From NCBI GenBank assembly GCA_037447435.1, contig JBBIGR010000048.1, positions 1-33,510 of the forward strand: a stretch of DNA of 33,510 bases, written 5' to 3'. The position numbers and the translations under genes were made by a program. The notes below the pieces were generated by a model. The model was not told the DNA's origin and did not search any database. It saw nothing but the letters and a program-made list of their open reading frames with translations. Shown here in pieces: positions 9,302 through 19,284 of this stretch (the stretch's first letter is position 1; every line of letters starts with the position of its first letter). This DNA is from Fibrobacteria bacterium. Lineage in GTDB: Bacteria; Fibrobacterota; Chitinivibrionia; Chitinivibrionales; FEN-1185.

Positions 9302-12300
9302 TTATTTGAGCGTTACATTATCAATCCACACCGAGCTGGTATTGAACGTTCCGAAATGAAAACCGATTTTGACCGGTGAGTCAGAAGCGTTCGGAGTAAA
9401 TTGGATCGTGAAATGCTGCATGGTGTTTGCAGCATTTACAATTGTTTTCTGCACTTCAACATATTTGGTAAAAGGATCGCCGTCGTGTTCCACCACCACT
9501 TTGAAATCTTTCGGCGTGCTCGAAGCTTTGATATCGAAATCCAATGTATAGGTCTTATTCGCAATCACCGATATATCCTGATAAATCTGGATATCCCACG
9601 GATTCGGGCCAAGCGTAGCCGGAGCGATTTTTGCGCTTCCCACATCATTTGAAAACGTTGCCGTTGCGCCATCCAGTAAAAGCGTCTGCCAACCGGTCAG
9701 ACCGTTCGAAAAATCGCCGTTGGTCAACAAATTTGCAGTTGATACGGAAACATCCACATAATTCAGGTTGAAGCCGCCGGTAGTCATGGCGAACCGTACC
9801 GAATGAATGCCGGAGGTCAAGTTGACATTAGACATTACGATGTTTTGCCAACTCTGCCACCCTGAAGCGTCGGTGAGGTTGAACGTTGCTACGGTGACGT
9901 TGTCGACCGTCATGGTCAATGTCTTCGTACCGGAGTTAGCCGAAGCCATGCGTGCCGTAAGAGTGTACAATCCTGTTTGAGCAACATTCACGTCGTAGGC
10001 AAGCCATTCGCCTGCGTCGATCCAACCCACATTATAACCGCCTCCCACGTCGGTCGTGGCCTCAATGTCCACATTGTCGTTGGGTTTGTATGCCCCGCCC
10101 GTGTTACCGGCGGTCAAGTCATGATACCCAACGCCTTCGCCGCCGGCCTTATAGTTTTCGGCTTCGATGCGACCGGGCAACTGGATGAAAGGAACAGTGG
10201 CAATAAAGTTCGCAGTAACAGTCTTATTCGCATCCATAGTCACGACGATCGGATTCGTCGTACCGGTCGCCGCACCGCTCCAATTTGCAAACGTATAACC
10301 GGAAGCCGAAGTTGCCGTGACTGTCGCAATGGCACCCGAAGCATAGTTGCCGCCGCCGGTTATCGTACCGCCTGCAATAGGGCTGGCAATTGTGGTAAGG
10401 GAATAAGTCACGGTCGATTGTTTGAATGTGACTGTTATCGTATGGTTTGTGGTAACATTAGTAAATGTATACGAAGCGATGGCTCCTTGACTTACACCAT
10501 CGACGGTCACCACATCAACGGCATAACCGCTTGAAGGCGTCATGGTGAATGTCTGACTATTCCCCTGTGTTACCGTTACTGTTCCGCTCGGCGTTATGGC
10601 TCCGTTACTACCTGCAGGTGCTGAAATGGTGTAGGTGGGAATCAGCGTAAAATTCGCCGTAACATTTTTGTTTGCGGTCATGGTCACCGTAATAGGATTT
10701 GTCGTACTTGTTACATCGCCGCTCCAACTTGCAAATGAATATCCCGGTGCGGGTGTTGCCGTAAGCGTTGCCGTTGTCCCCATTGCGTAGGTACCGCCGC
10801 CGCTCACCGTGCCGCCCGTTGTTGGATTAGTAGTCGTGGTAAGTGTATACGTTACCGGCGTTCCGTTGGTATAAAAACGCGCTTCCCATATCGAATACCC
10901 ATATGCGGTACTCCGTGCCTTGCCACTCATTCGATAATAGCGATATGTTCCGGCGAGCCCGGAAATACTATCTATTCTATGGTTACCGAACGCAGGCATA
11001 TTGCTTTTTGTGACAATAGTTGCGCTGGTCGCAAAGTTGTCATTGGAACCCATAATGACATACGCGCTCGCATTCGCGGTTTCCCAGTCTAAAACCGCCG
11101 CAACGATTGGCTTTGACGATCCCAAGTCGAAGGTTATCCACTGCGAATCGGAAAAGGCGCTTGACCAACGTGTACCGATGTTGTTATCGATTGCCGCGCT
11201 TGCCGGATACAACGCACTCTCGGCGCTTGACGCGGTCGCCAAAGACACGGTTTGAAGCACAAGCTGTCCGTTCTGCGATGCAAAGTTCGCAGTCACCGAT
11301 TTGTTACCGTTCATGGTTATCGTTGAAGGATTTGTCGCGCCGGTAAGGTCGCCGCTCCAACCCGTAAAGGTAAAACCGGAAGCCGGGGTGGCCGTAACCG
11401 TTGCAGCTGCGCCCGAGTTGTAGCTACCGCCGCCAGTTACCGTTCCACCTGCCGAAGGGTTTGCCGACGCGGTAAGGGTATAAATCACCGTCGATTGCTT
11501 GAACGTGACGCTTATCGTATGGTTTGTTGTTACATTGGTAAATGTGTAGCTCGGCACCGAGCCGACGCTCGCGCCGTCCACGGTTACGGCATCAACAACA
11601 TATCCGGAGCTTGGCGTGAATGTGAATGTCTGGCTCGCGCCAGATGCAACACTTACGCTGCTGCTTGGCGAAACTGAACCGTTGGCTCCGGCGGTTGGGG
11701 TAATTGTATATGACATGGGAGCGCTGCCCACAGAATATAACCGCGCTTCCCATATCGAATACCCGTACGCGGTTGTCCGTGTTGTACCATTCATCCTGTA
11801 ATATCGGTATGTTCCGGTGAGCCCGGAAATACTATCTATTCTATGGTTACCGAACGCAGGCATATTGCTCTTTGTGACAATAGTTGTACTGGTTGCAAAG
11901 TTATCATTCGAACCCTGAATGGTATATGCACTCGCATTCGCCGTTTCCCAGTCTAAAACCACCGTTGTTATGCTCTTTGCACTACCCATATCGAAGGCAA
12001 TCCATTGCTGATCGGTAAACAAGCTGGACCAGCGAGTAGTTGTATTGCCGTCGATTGCCGCGCTTGCCGGATACGAAGCGCTCTCCGAGCTCGACGCGGT
12101 TGCCGAGGAAACCGTCTCTTTGACAAGCACCGGAGGAAGTATCTTGACAAGCTCAATGCCGTTGGTCGCCGACGGGTTCAGGTTTTTCGTGTAATTCTTG
12201 TCTGTCGCATTGTTCCAACGTTCGTAAACACCAAGGCTTCCGATCACTTTGCCGTCGCCAGACGGTGCATACCCCAAAAAGTTATTGCCAAGCGCATCGG

Positions 12301-13894
12301 TCGTTGGCCAATAAACGCTGCTTGCCGCCTGGAACAGATAATCGTCGACACCGTTCAGGTTATTGGGGTTCTGATAATCTGACGCATAACCGTTTGACGC
12401 AGAATATTCATTACGCAGAAAATCGAATCCTACCGCTTCGATCGCAACCATGTCCTGCGACATAAGAATACTGGAAGGCCAATTGTTATTGAACGGTGCG
12501 GATTTCCATTTGTCGGCATGCTGCGGAATGGACATATGCCCGCCCCATAAACCGTCGACTATGCCGAGAATGATTTTTCCACCCAGATCCTTGTGCCCCA
12601 TAAAATCAACAAGGTTCCGGTATTTGTTATATCCGGGAGAATTCCATGATTCGGGATGAGAATGGTGGAATGCCATAGCGCTGTAGTTATGCGGATCTTT
12701 AATTGTACGGCGACAAGTTGCACCGAAAAAGTTTTTCGCACATAATGTGATACCGGCACTTTCGTGTGCCTTGAGAACAGCCGCGTCTATCAGGTATGTG
12801 GCATCGACGATCTGCTGCGGTAAGGAGTCGCTGGTTGCGGGTTCCAGATCCCATGTACCGTCGGCCAGCTTTCTGCCCGGATAATGATCGGCATAAAAAA
12901 TAGCCGGGTTACTTGTTGGAACAACTCTCTCTCGGCCGGATCCGGAAAGCCCCCATAAATCGACATAATGGACATTTGGAAATTGAGGCTGAACCATGTT
13001 GTAAATCTGGTTATACCATTTTCCGCTCGGATCACCGATATAAATATTTTGCTGGTTTACGCCAACCGTAGCGGTAAGCTGACGTAATATAACGCGAATA
13101 AGCTGCGGAGAAACGTCGGGCATTCCGCTATAATCCGAATTTGCACCCATTTGGGTGTATAACCCTTTATTATACCCCTTCGTACTATCATTCATGCCGA
13201 AGCTGCCGCACAAATTGATCTTGATAAAGATCTTTTCACCGGCTGTATAGCTTGTATTGGAAAGGTTTCGCTTTGTCGTATTATAGTATTTGAAAATCTC
13301 AGCCCATGCTGCGGCAACCGACGACGTACCGGTAAGTTGGAGAATGGACTTTGTGAACATTTGCTCCACGACGGCTTCGTTCGTATTATTATCTAAATAG
13401 TAAAGATCCGGATTCACGTCGGTACAGTTCGGATTGGTTGCAGCAGGGTCATATGCCCACACAACCCTTCCAGGATTTGTTCCTTTTGCAATGCCGATCG
13501 GAGTATTGATCGGCGGCAAGGTGAATGTTGATTGTGCCGAAGAGGTGACAGCGGTCTTTAATGATAAATCTCCTATGGCGACAAATGCGATGAGCGCAAA
13601 ACATCCTGCCCAAACAAAATGCGAGCGCCCTGCCATTTCACGCATTTTGCGAAACGCAAATACGGATACGAAGATACCGATCATCCACGCGGCAAAACCG
13701 GAAGCCAGGGATGCGGCAACGCGTTGGCATGGATAGGCCGCTCATGAGGGCTTCGGAATTACACGAATGCAAAACCAGACAAGAGCAACTATTCCTACAA
13801 TTGGAATCAACCATGCTTTTTGCGGCCGGCGAACTCCGACGACTCGTCCTGATTTCGGGCAACGTTTGACAAATACATTCAATAACTCCCGCAT
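9302..13894 (-). CDS. Membrane-anchored DUF362-domain protein with 2 CBM32, 5 InlB-B-like repeats, CBM6 and CBM4/9; one in-frame TGA at 13742-13744 (possible pseudogene or sequence error)
   Basis: AAGGAGGGG-act-ATG at 13894. ORFs 13742-13930 and 9302-13684 are in the same frame and read ...WFCIRVIPKPS*AAYPCQRVAASLASGFAAWMIGIF... DUF362-type motifs KIFIKIN, IYIGDP, VLKAHESAGITLCAKNFFG, IVDGL, SQDMVAIE. Confidence 0.8.
10865..12120 (-). repeat. Intragenic duplication of an F5/8C (CBM32) module (~10865-11260 and ~11730-12120)
   Basis: Near-identical DNA at an 864-nt offset (GAGCCCGGAAATACTATCTATTCTATGGTTACCGAACGCAGGCATATTGCT at 10955 and 11819). TIVTKSNMPAFGNHRIDSISGL is present in both. Confidence 0.9.
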
Positions 13895-14021
13895 AGTCCC
13901 CTCCTTGATGATAAAAATTATTAGTCGCAAAGTGTATTCTTATTTTTCTTAATTTTTCTTAGGTAAAATATTTAATTAATTTTTTTAAACAAGTTTTTTA
14001 TTTTGATACTTATATATATAG

Positions 14022-14058
14022 GTAACAATTCGTATTCGCCTAGAATACGAATTGTTAC
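14022..14058. repeat. Perfect 16-bp inverted repeat in an AT-rich divergent intergenic region
   Basis: GTAACAATTCGTATTC-gccta-GAATACGAATTGTTAC. Confidence 0.9.
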
Positions 14059-14327
14059 AAATTTCCAAACGAATTGCATAATACGCTTTATATTGTTACA
14101 ATTAGAGCATAAGGTGTTTTGTATGCATTTTACGAGCTAAAATACAAATTGTAAATGAAATGAATGAGGCAAACTTAATCGATCAATTTTTTAATGTAGA
14201 AATCATTTGCCTTACTGCTTCGAAGGGAAAGAATGGACGATGTTTTAGGTAATCATCGCGATGGAATTCTATTTCGCTACACTTAAAGCCGTTAACCGTC
14301 TTCTGGAAAACAAAAAGGAAGTAAAAA

Positions 14328-16814
14328 ATGATTGCAAAAACATCATCTCGGTTTTCTAATAGAATGACCGGAAATATTCTTGCTTGTTGCCCTATCCTGT
14401 TCTTATGCTTGCTTGGCATAGGCAATGGAATGGCTCAACCTGCCGGTGAATATGAAATTGCAAATGCACAAAGCGGCAAAGCAATAAGCGTCGATAATGC
14501 CCAAACGGCGGATGGAACAAAAATTCAGCAATGGGATTATACAAAAGCACCCGAACAAATATGGTCGTTTTCCGATGCGGGAAGCGGCTATATATTTATT
14601 GTTAGTAAACCATCGGGTAAAGTGATCGATGTGTACGGCGGCTTGACGGCTGATGGTACGAGATTGCACCTATGGTCTATTGCTTCAGTGGAATCGCAAA
14701 AATGGAAACTGGATTCCCTTGGAAACAACGAATATTATCTCACGAATAAATATTCCGGAAAAGTCGCTTCGATCGATAATACTAATACGACAAACGGCGA
14801 TACTCTCACCATTCAAACAAAAAATGGCGGCGTGAACCAGAAATGGAAATTAACAAAGGTTAGCGATGTCGCGACAATACTGCAAGGCTCGATAAACTCC
14901 TATATTCAGCTCAATGCCGCGCATACTGAACCGTTAATACCCAAATGGGCGCTTGGATATTGGCAATCGCAATGGGGAGACGAATCGTGGGGTTATGCAA
15001 ATCAAAGTCCTTTTATGGACCATGCCAAATCTTTACGTGGTATTTTGCCAAACAAATACGGCAATCACAAACACCCTGCGGATGTCATGGTCCTCGACAT
15101 GTATTGGTGCGATTTAAATTGGAATTGGCCGGGGAACATGAATTGGAGTTATACTCGTTTCCCTAATCCCCAACAGATGATCGACTCGCTTCACAAGATG
15201 AATTTTAAAATCGCGCTTAACTACCACGCCGACGGGTTTGGATCCGATTGGTTGGCAAAAATGAAAGAGCACCTTACCTGGGGCGTTGATGTGGTATGGT
15301 GCGATTTCTGGAACCCCGGTTCGAGCTACGAAACGCAAGTATGGAACCTGCTCGGTCAACAATGGGGAACGGATAAACGGAAATTTTTTATGGGACGCCA
15401 TTTTGCCCGACCAAATAAATTCAATCTCGAAAGCGGCACTCCCTACGGCGTTCTCGGATTTGATAAAGTACCCAACGAGGATGCTATTGAAAAAACCATG
15501 CCCGTACATTGGACCGGCGATGTCGACGGTTCTTGGAACGGCTTTAAGGAAACCATAGAAGGTATCGTTTACGGTATAGACGGCGCCATGGATGGTTGGT
15601 CGTACCTTCATTCCGATTGCCCGGGCCATTCGGGAGGCACCGATCCGGCGCTGGCGAACAGATGGATTCAATTCGCAGATTTCTCACCCGTTACGCGCAA
15701 TCACGGATTTAATCCGCGGGATGTATGGTCTTGGGGGGCGAAAAACGAAGCAAATTCTTATTTTTCAAGAATGCTCCGCTATCGGTTATTACCCTATATT
15801 TACACCTGCTGCTGGCAAATTTACGAAAATGCGATGCCGCTCACCAGGCCTTTCAAACTTGCATTTCCTGGCCAGCGGGACGATATCCGCTATTCATATA
15901 TGTTCGGCGATGAATTTCTGGTAGCACCGGTATTCGATTCGGCGCTGTGCGTTTCGAAAGGCAAAATGGACGTATTTCTTCCGGCCGGTCAACAATGGGT
16001 ACAGTATTGGACGCACGATATACTCGACGGTGGTCAAACTGTGAAATTCGATTTGAGCGCGACCGACGATAAATATGTTCCGCTTTATGTCAAGCGAGGC
16101 GCAATCATTCCGATGGGACCCGAGATTTTTTCGATAGATACGAACGTTCATCCCGATCCGTTGACGCTTGATATATATCCTCTCGAAAGCGGGGATTCGA
16201 AATTCACCATGTACGACGACGACGGAGCAACGAACAATTATAAAAACGGTGCACGCGCATTTACCACATTCGGCTGTAAGAAACAGACATCGGATTCTTT
16301 AATCATTACAATCGGGGCCGACAGCGGAAATTATGCCGGCAAACCGGCGAGCAGAAATTACATACTTAAAATAAATCTCCAGACGAGTCCAACTGTATCC
16401 GTCAAGAACAATGGGGCCGCCGTGTCGAAAATTTCCATTGCAGACCTGAAAAGTTCCCCAACGAAAAACGGATGGGCATACGATGACTCCGCCAAAATAA
16501 CGTATATACAATTTTCGGCAAGTACGTCGTCATCGAACAGTGTGGTATTAAAAACCGGCCCTACCGGGGCTGCGCTCAGAAATATATCTCCCGTCAATAT
16601 TTGCACGGTGAAAACATTGCTGAACAGGCGCATACTCGTTCAATATGCACATAAGAATACTATTGTAAATATCCGTAACCTTCAAGGCAAATTGATCGAT
16701 ACAAAAACGATTGCACACGGAACGGAAATTTTTGGCCCTTATGCTCCGGGTTGCTTGATTGTCGAACTGAAAATCGGGAACCAGATCAGGCAATACAAAA
16801 CATTGTTGTTTTGA
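14328..16814 (+). CDS. Secreted glycoside hydrolase family 31 with N-terminal ricin/CBM13 and a T9SS-like C-terminal tail
   Basis: Signal peptide ending GMA|Q; QxW ricin repeats; GH31 motifs PKWALGYWQS, VLDMYW, VWCDF (nucleophile), HWTGDV (acid/base), RWIQF, LRYRLLPYIY, YMFGDEFLVAPV, PLYVKRGAIIP, YDDDG. Confidence 0.9.
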   Translation: MIAKTSSRFSNRMTGNILACCPILFLCLLGIGNGMAQPAGEYEIANAQSGKAISVDNAQTADGTKIQQWDYTKAPEQIWSFSDAGSGYIFIVSKPSGKVIDVYGGLTADGTRLHLWSIASVESQKWKLDSLGNNEYYLTNKYSGKVASIDNTNTTNGDTLTIQTKNGGVNQKWKLTKVSDVATILQGSINSYIQLNAAHTEPLIPKWALGYWQSQWGDESWGYANQSPFMDHAKSLRGILPNKYGNHKHPADVMVLDMYWCDLNWNWPGNMNWSYTRFPNPQQMIDSLHKMNFKIALNYHADGFGSDWLAKMKEHLTWGVDVVWCDFWNPGSSYETQVWNLLGQQWGTDKRKFFMGRHFARPNKFNLESGTPYGVLGFDKVPNEDAIEKTMPVHWTGDVDGSWNGFKETIEGIVYGIDGAMDGWSYLHSDCPGHSGGTDPALANRWIQFADFSPVTRNHGFNPRDVWSWGAKNEANSYFSRMLRYRLLPYIYTCCWQIYENAMPLTRPFKLAFPGQRDDIRYSYMFGDEFLVAPVFDSALCVSKGKMDVFLPAGQQWVQYWTHDILDGGQTVKFDLSATDDKYVPLYVKRGAIIPMGPEIFSIDTNVHPDPLTLDIYPLESGDSKFTMYDDDGATNNYKNGARAFTTFGCKKQTSDSLIITIGADSGNYAGKPASRNYILKINLQTSPTVSVKNNGAAVSKISIADLKSSPTKNGWAYDDSAKITYIQFSASTSSSNSVVLKTGPTGAALRNISPVNICTVKTLLNRRILVQYAHKNTIVNIRNLQGKLIDTKTIAHGTEIFGPYAPGCLIVELKIGNQIRQYKTLLF

Positions 16815-16836
16815 ATAACGGCAAATCCGTCTAACT

Positions 16837-17733
16837 TTATTCCTGGTTTTTTCTCCATTCACCCGGTGCGCTTCCGAAGCTGCGTTTGAAAGCGCGGTGA
16901 AATGCGGAAGGATCTTCGAATCCCGTTTCAAAAGCGATAGTCTCGACATTTTTAGTTGTCTGTTTTAATTCCGCACTTGCAACGTTGATGCGGAACACCG
17001 TAAGATATTCATAGGGACTGGCGCCGATTGCTTTTTTGAATATTCGTCTGAAATTGGTAGGAGACATGAAAACCTTACTCGCAAGTTCTTCTATCGCAAT
17101 CTTATTGCTGAAATGCGAATGAATATAATCGATTGCCGGGCCGATCCTTTTTATGGCTTCGGTGTCGGAACGGAGATCGGTTCCTGCCTTCGAAATTTTC
17201 TTTTCGGGTTCTTCCATTCGGTGAAGATATACCATGAAGGCAAGCAGCAATCCGCGCACCGCTTCTTTATAATGTTTTTCCTTACGCTCCAACTCATGGA
17301 AAATGGTAAGGAATAATTGCTCGGCAACCGGATGTTTTTGCCCGCTAATAATATTGTTGAACGCCGGGCCGCCGAATCGGCCGGTTTCCAGCAACGTAGT
17401 GTCTGCGGTGTTCTGGACAAGCAACTTTATCGGATCGAAGTATATCCAGGTCCAATCGCAATCGACATAATAGTATGCAATATGCGGTTCGGTATTGTTA
17501 AGTATCGAGATGTCGCCTGCCTTGAAAGCCAGCGTTTTATCGCCGATCTTGAAAATGCCCTTTCCTTTGTGACAATACCCTATTTCAAAGCATTCGTGAA
17601 TATGCGGTTGGTTGAGATTCGACCCGACAAAACGGTAATGACAGAGCAATTCCGTGTCGTTAAGGGGAAAATCGGGCGAAAAAGAAATCGGGAGATAGGA
17701 AAATGGCTTGATAATCGATGTTTGTTTTTGCAT
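16837..17733 (-). CDS. AraC/XylS-family transcriptional regulator (cupin sensor + double HTH)
   Basis: Cupin motif PHIHECFEIGYC...EPH; HTH region AIDYIHSHF...ELA...MSPTNFRRIFKK...IAFETGFEDPSAFHRAFKRSFGSAPGEWRK. ATG 17733 lies 14 nt after the upstream stop; the start is uncertain. Confidence 0.93.
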   Translation of the reverse strand: MQKQTSIIKPFSYLPISFSPDFPLNDTELLCHYRFVGSNLNQPHIHECFEIGYCHKGKGIFKIGDKTLAFKAGDISILNNTEPHIAYYYVDCDWTWIYFDPIKLLVQNTADTTLLETGRFGGPAFNNIISGQKHPVAEQLFLTIFHELERKEKHYKEAVRGLLLAFMVYLHRMEEPEKKISKAGTDLRSDTEAIKRIGPAIDYIHSHFSNKIAIEELASKVFMSPTNFRRIFKKAIGASPYEYLTVFRINVASAELKQTTKNVETIAFETGFEDPSAFHRAFKRSFGSAPGEWRKNQE

Positions 17734-17747
17734 AGCGTAGTTTTGTT

Positions 17748-19088
17748 TCACATTACGTTTAACGCGCACATGGTAAGGTCGTCATAGAACGGTACTCCTT
17801 GGGCAAAGGATCTGACTTTATCCATAAATTGCGTAATCAACAGGTCTGCATCGCCCGGCGGCTGCGATGCGAGAAAACTATGAATGCTGTCGTTGCCAAA
17901 ACTGACATTTTCCGGACTCGCAAGGTCGATAAGTCCGTCGGTATGCATAAAAAACCGGTCTCCCGTATGGAGGGGAACGACGGTTTCCTCGAGCGTCGAA
18001 CGGAACAGAGCGGTATCTGAAGAAAGACCCAATGCTTGCCCCTTAAGATTCAGGCGTTCGGGCGGCCCTCCCTTTGCATGTAGCTGAAGCAACGGAGGAT
18101 GCCCTGCACGGGCATAGGTCATGGTCGTTCCATCGCGGCTGACAATGCAACAAAGCGCAGTGATGAACAACCGAGAATCAATGGTCGAATAAACTGAACT
18201 ATTGACCGAACATAACAATTCGCGGGCAGAGGCCCTGCTTCGGGCTTCGACCCGGAACGTGGCGCGCAACATGGTCATGAGCAGCGCCGCCGGAATGCCT
18301 TTGCCGCACACGTCGGCAATGGCGATTACCCAATTCCCTTCATCGTTTTGGAAATAATCCAAATAATCTCCACCCACTTCATAGGCGGGGTAATAAACGC
18401 CTTTCAAGTTGACACGTGGTATTTTCGGCCTAAACGACGGCGTAAGCTTTTGCTGTATGCTTCGAGCCGCATTAAGTTCGTCGTCTATTCTCGCCTTTTC
18501 ATAAAGCAAGGCAATTTGGTCCTGCAGCTTACTATTGGCGCTTTGCAATTCTTTTGTACGTTCTTCCACCCGAAACTCAAGCTCCGCTTTCGCATTACAC
18601 AACGCATCCTGGTACTGTTTACGTTCGGTGATGTCCCTGCATATGCCGGCCAACCCCACGGTCGCACCGCTAGAGTCGAATAAGGGGACTTTGCTTGTCG
18701 CATGCCAGCGGATCTTTCCACTTATGCGGTCCACAACCTGTTCTTCATAATCGATCATGGCCTTTTTTGTAGCCAATATTTTCTGCTCATCGTCATGATA
18801 CTGCGACGCCAGGTGTGCCGGAAAAAAATCCCTATCGTGTTTGCCGAGCACCTGTTCCTGCGATTCCACTCCCATGAGTTCAAGATGAGCCTTATTGTTC
18901 AATACAAAGCGTCCATGACAATCTTTGATAAAAACATCATCAGGAAGGACATTTATGAGCATGCGAAGAAGGTCGCGTTCCGCGGTTACCGCTTGGTTTT
19001 CGGTTTGGCTTGCTGCCACTTTCCGTTCAAGCTCTGCCAGCTGTTGTTTCAAAGTATGGATTTCCTGCATTTTTTTTCCGTCAGGCAT
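17748..19088 (-). CDS. PAS-domain SpoIIE/RsbU-type PP2C protein phosphatase
   Basis: Coiled coil, PAS/PAC ending CRDITERK, linker ARSIQQKL, and intact PP2C motifs VGGDYLD, IADVCGKG, ARAGHPP, HTDGL, YDDLT. Confidence 0.93.
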   Translation of the reverse strand: MPDGKKMQEIHTLKQQLAELERKVAASQTENQAVTAERDLLRMLINVLPDDVFIKDCHGRFVLNNKAHLELMGVESQEQVLGKHDRDFFPAHLASQYHDDEQKILATKKAMIDYEEQVVDRISGKIRWHATSKVPLFDSSGATVGLAGICRDITERKQYQDALCNAKAELEFRVEERTKELQSANSKLQDQIALLYEKARIDDELNAARSIQQKLTPSFRPKIPRVNLKGVYYPAYEVGGDYLDYFQNDEGNWVIAIADVCGKGIPAALLMTMLRATFRVEARSRASARELLCSVNSSVYSTIDSRLFITALCCIVSRDGTTMTYARAGHPPLLQLHAKGGPPERLNLKGQALGLSSDTALFRSTLEETVVPLHTGDRFFMHTDGLIDLASPENVSFGNDSIHSFLASQPPGDADLLITQFMDKVRSFAQGVPFYDDLTMCALNVM

Positions 19089-19138
19089 CGGTATGGATCC
19101 TCATTGAGCGCGGCTATTCGGATTTTGGTCGGCAATTA

Positions 19139-19167
19139 ATTGTAGCACATTAAAAAAGCTTTGTCAA
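19139..19167 (-). promoter_or_regulatory. Sigma70-type promoter for the PAS-PP2C/AraC operon
   Basis: Minus strand TTGACA-N17-TACAAT with an extended -10 (TGc). Confidence 0.8.
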
Positions 19168-19214
19168 ATCAAAATAGTCTTCCAACTCCCAAGTGAAAAG
19201 AATAAATTTGGCAA

Positions 19215-19279
19215 TGGTTGATTTTGCACGGTTTTTGATCGATTTAGCAATCCCATACAAAGCAAATGAGTCGTAGTAT
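19215..19279 (+). promoter_or_regulatory. Direct-repeat operator/promoter, copy 1
   Basis: TGGTTGATTTTGCA-N7-TGATCGATTTAGCA (21-bp period), then 24 nt, then TAGTAT. Confidence 0.7.
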
Positions 19280-19284
19280 ATATG

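Noticed and set aside
922..12120. DNA repeats read as CRISPR, DGR template/variable repeats or mobile-element ends
   Set aside because: All are in-frame domain duplications. There is no repeat-spacer periodicity, the differences are not adenine-specific, and no cas, reverse transcriptase or transposase gene is in the window.
13742..13744. Selenocysteine or genome-wide TGA recoding
   Set aside because: TGA ends complete genes elsewhere (16814, 24696, 29519, 33407). The position appears to be Arg rather than Cys in homologues (from memory), and the downstream GCGG/CCGC stem is weak and not convincingly SECIS-like.
14172..14185. Fifth operator copy (TGATCGATTAAGTT on the minus strand)
   Set aside because: It is a single partial half-site without the CA end and has no partner at 21 bp.
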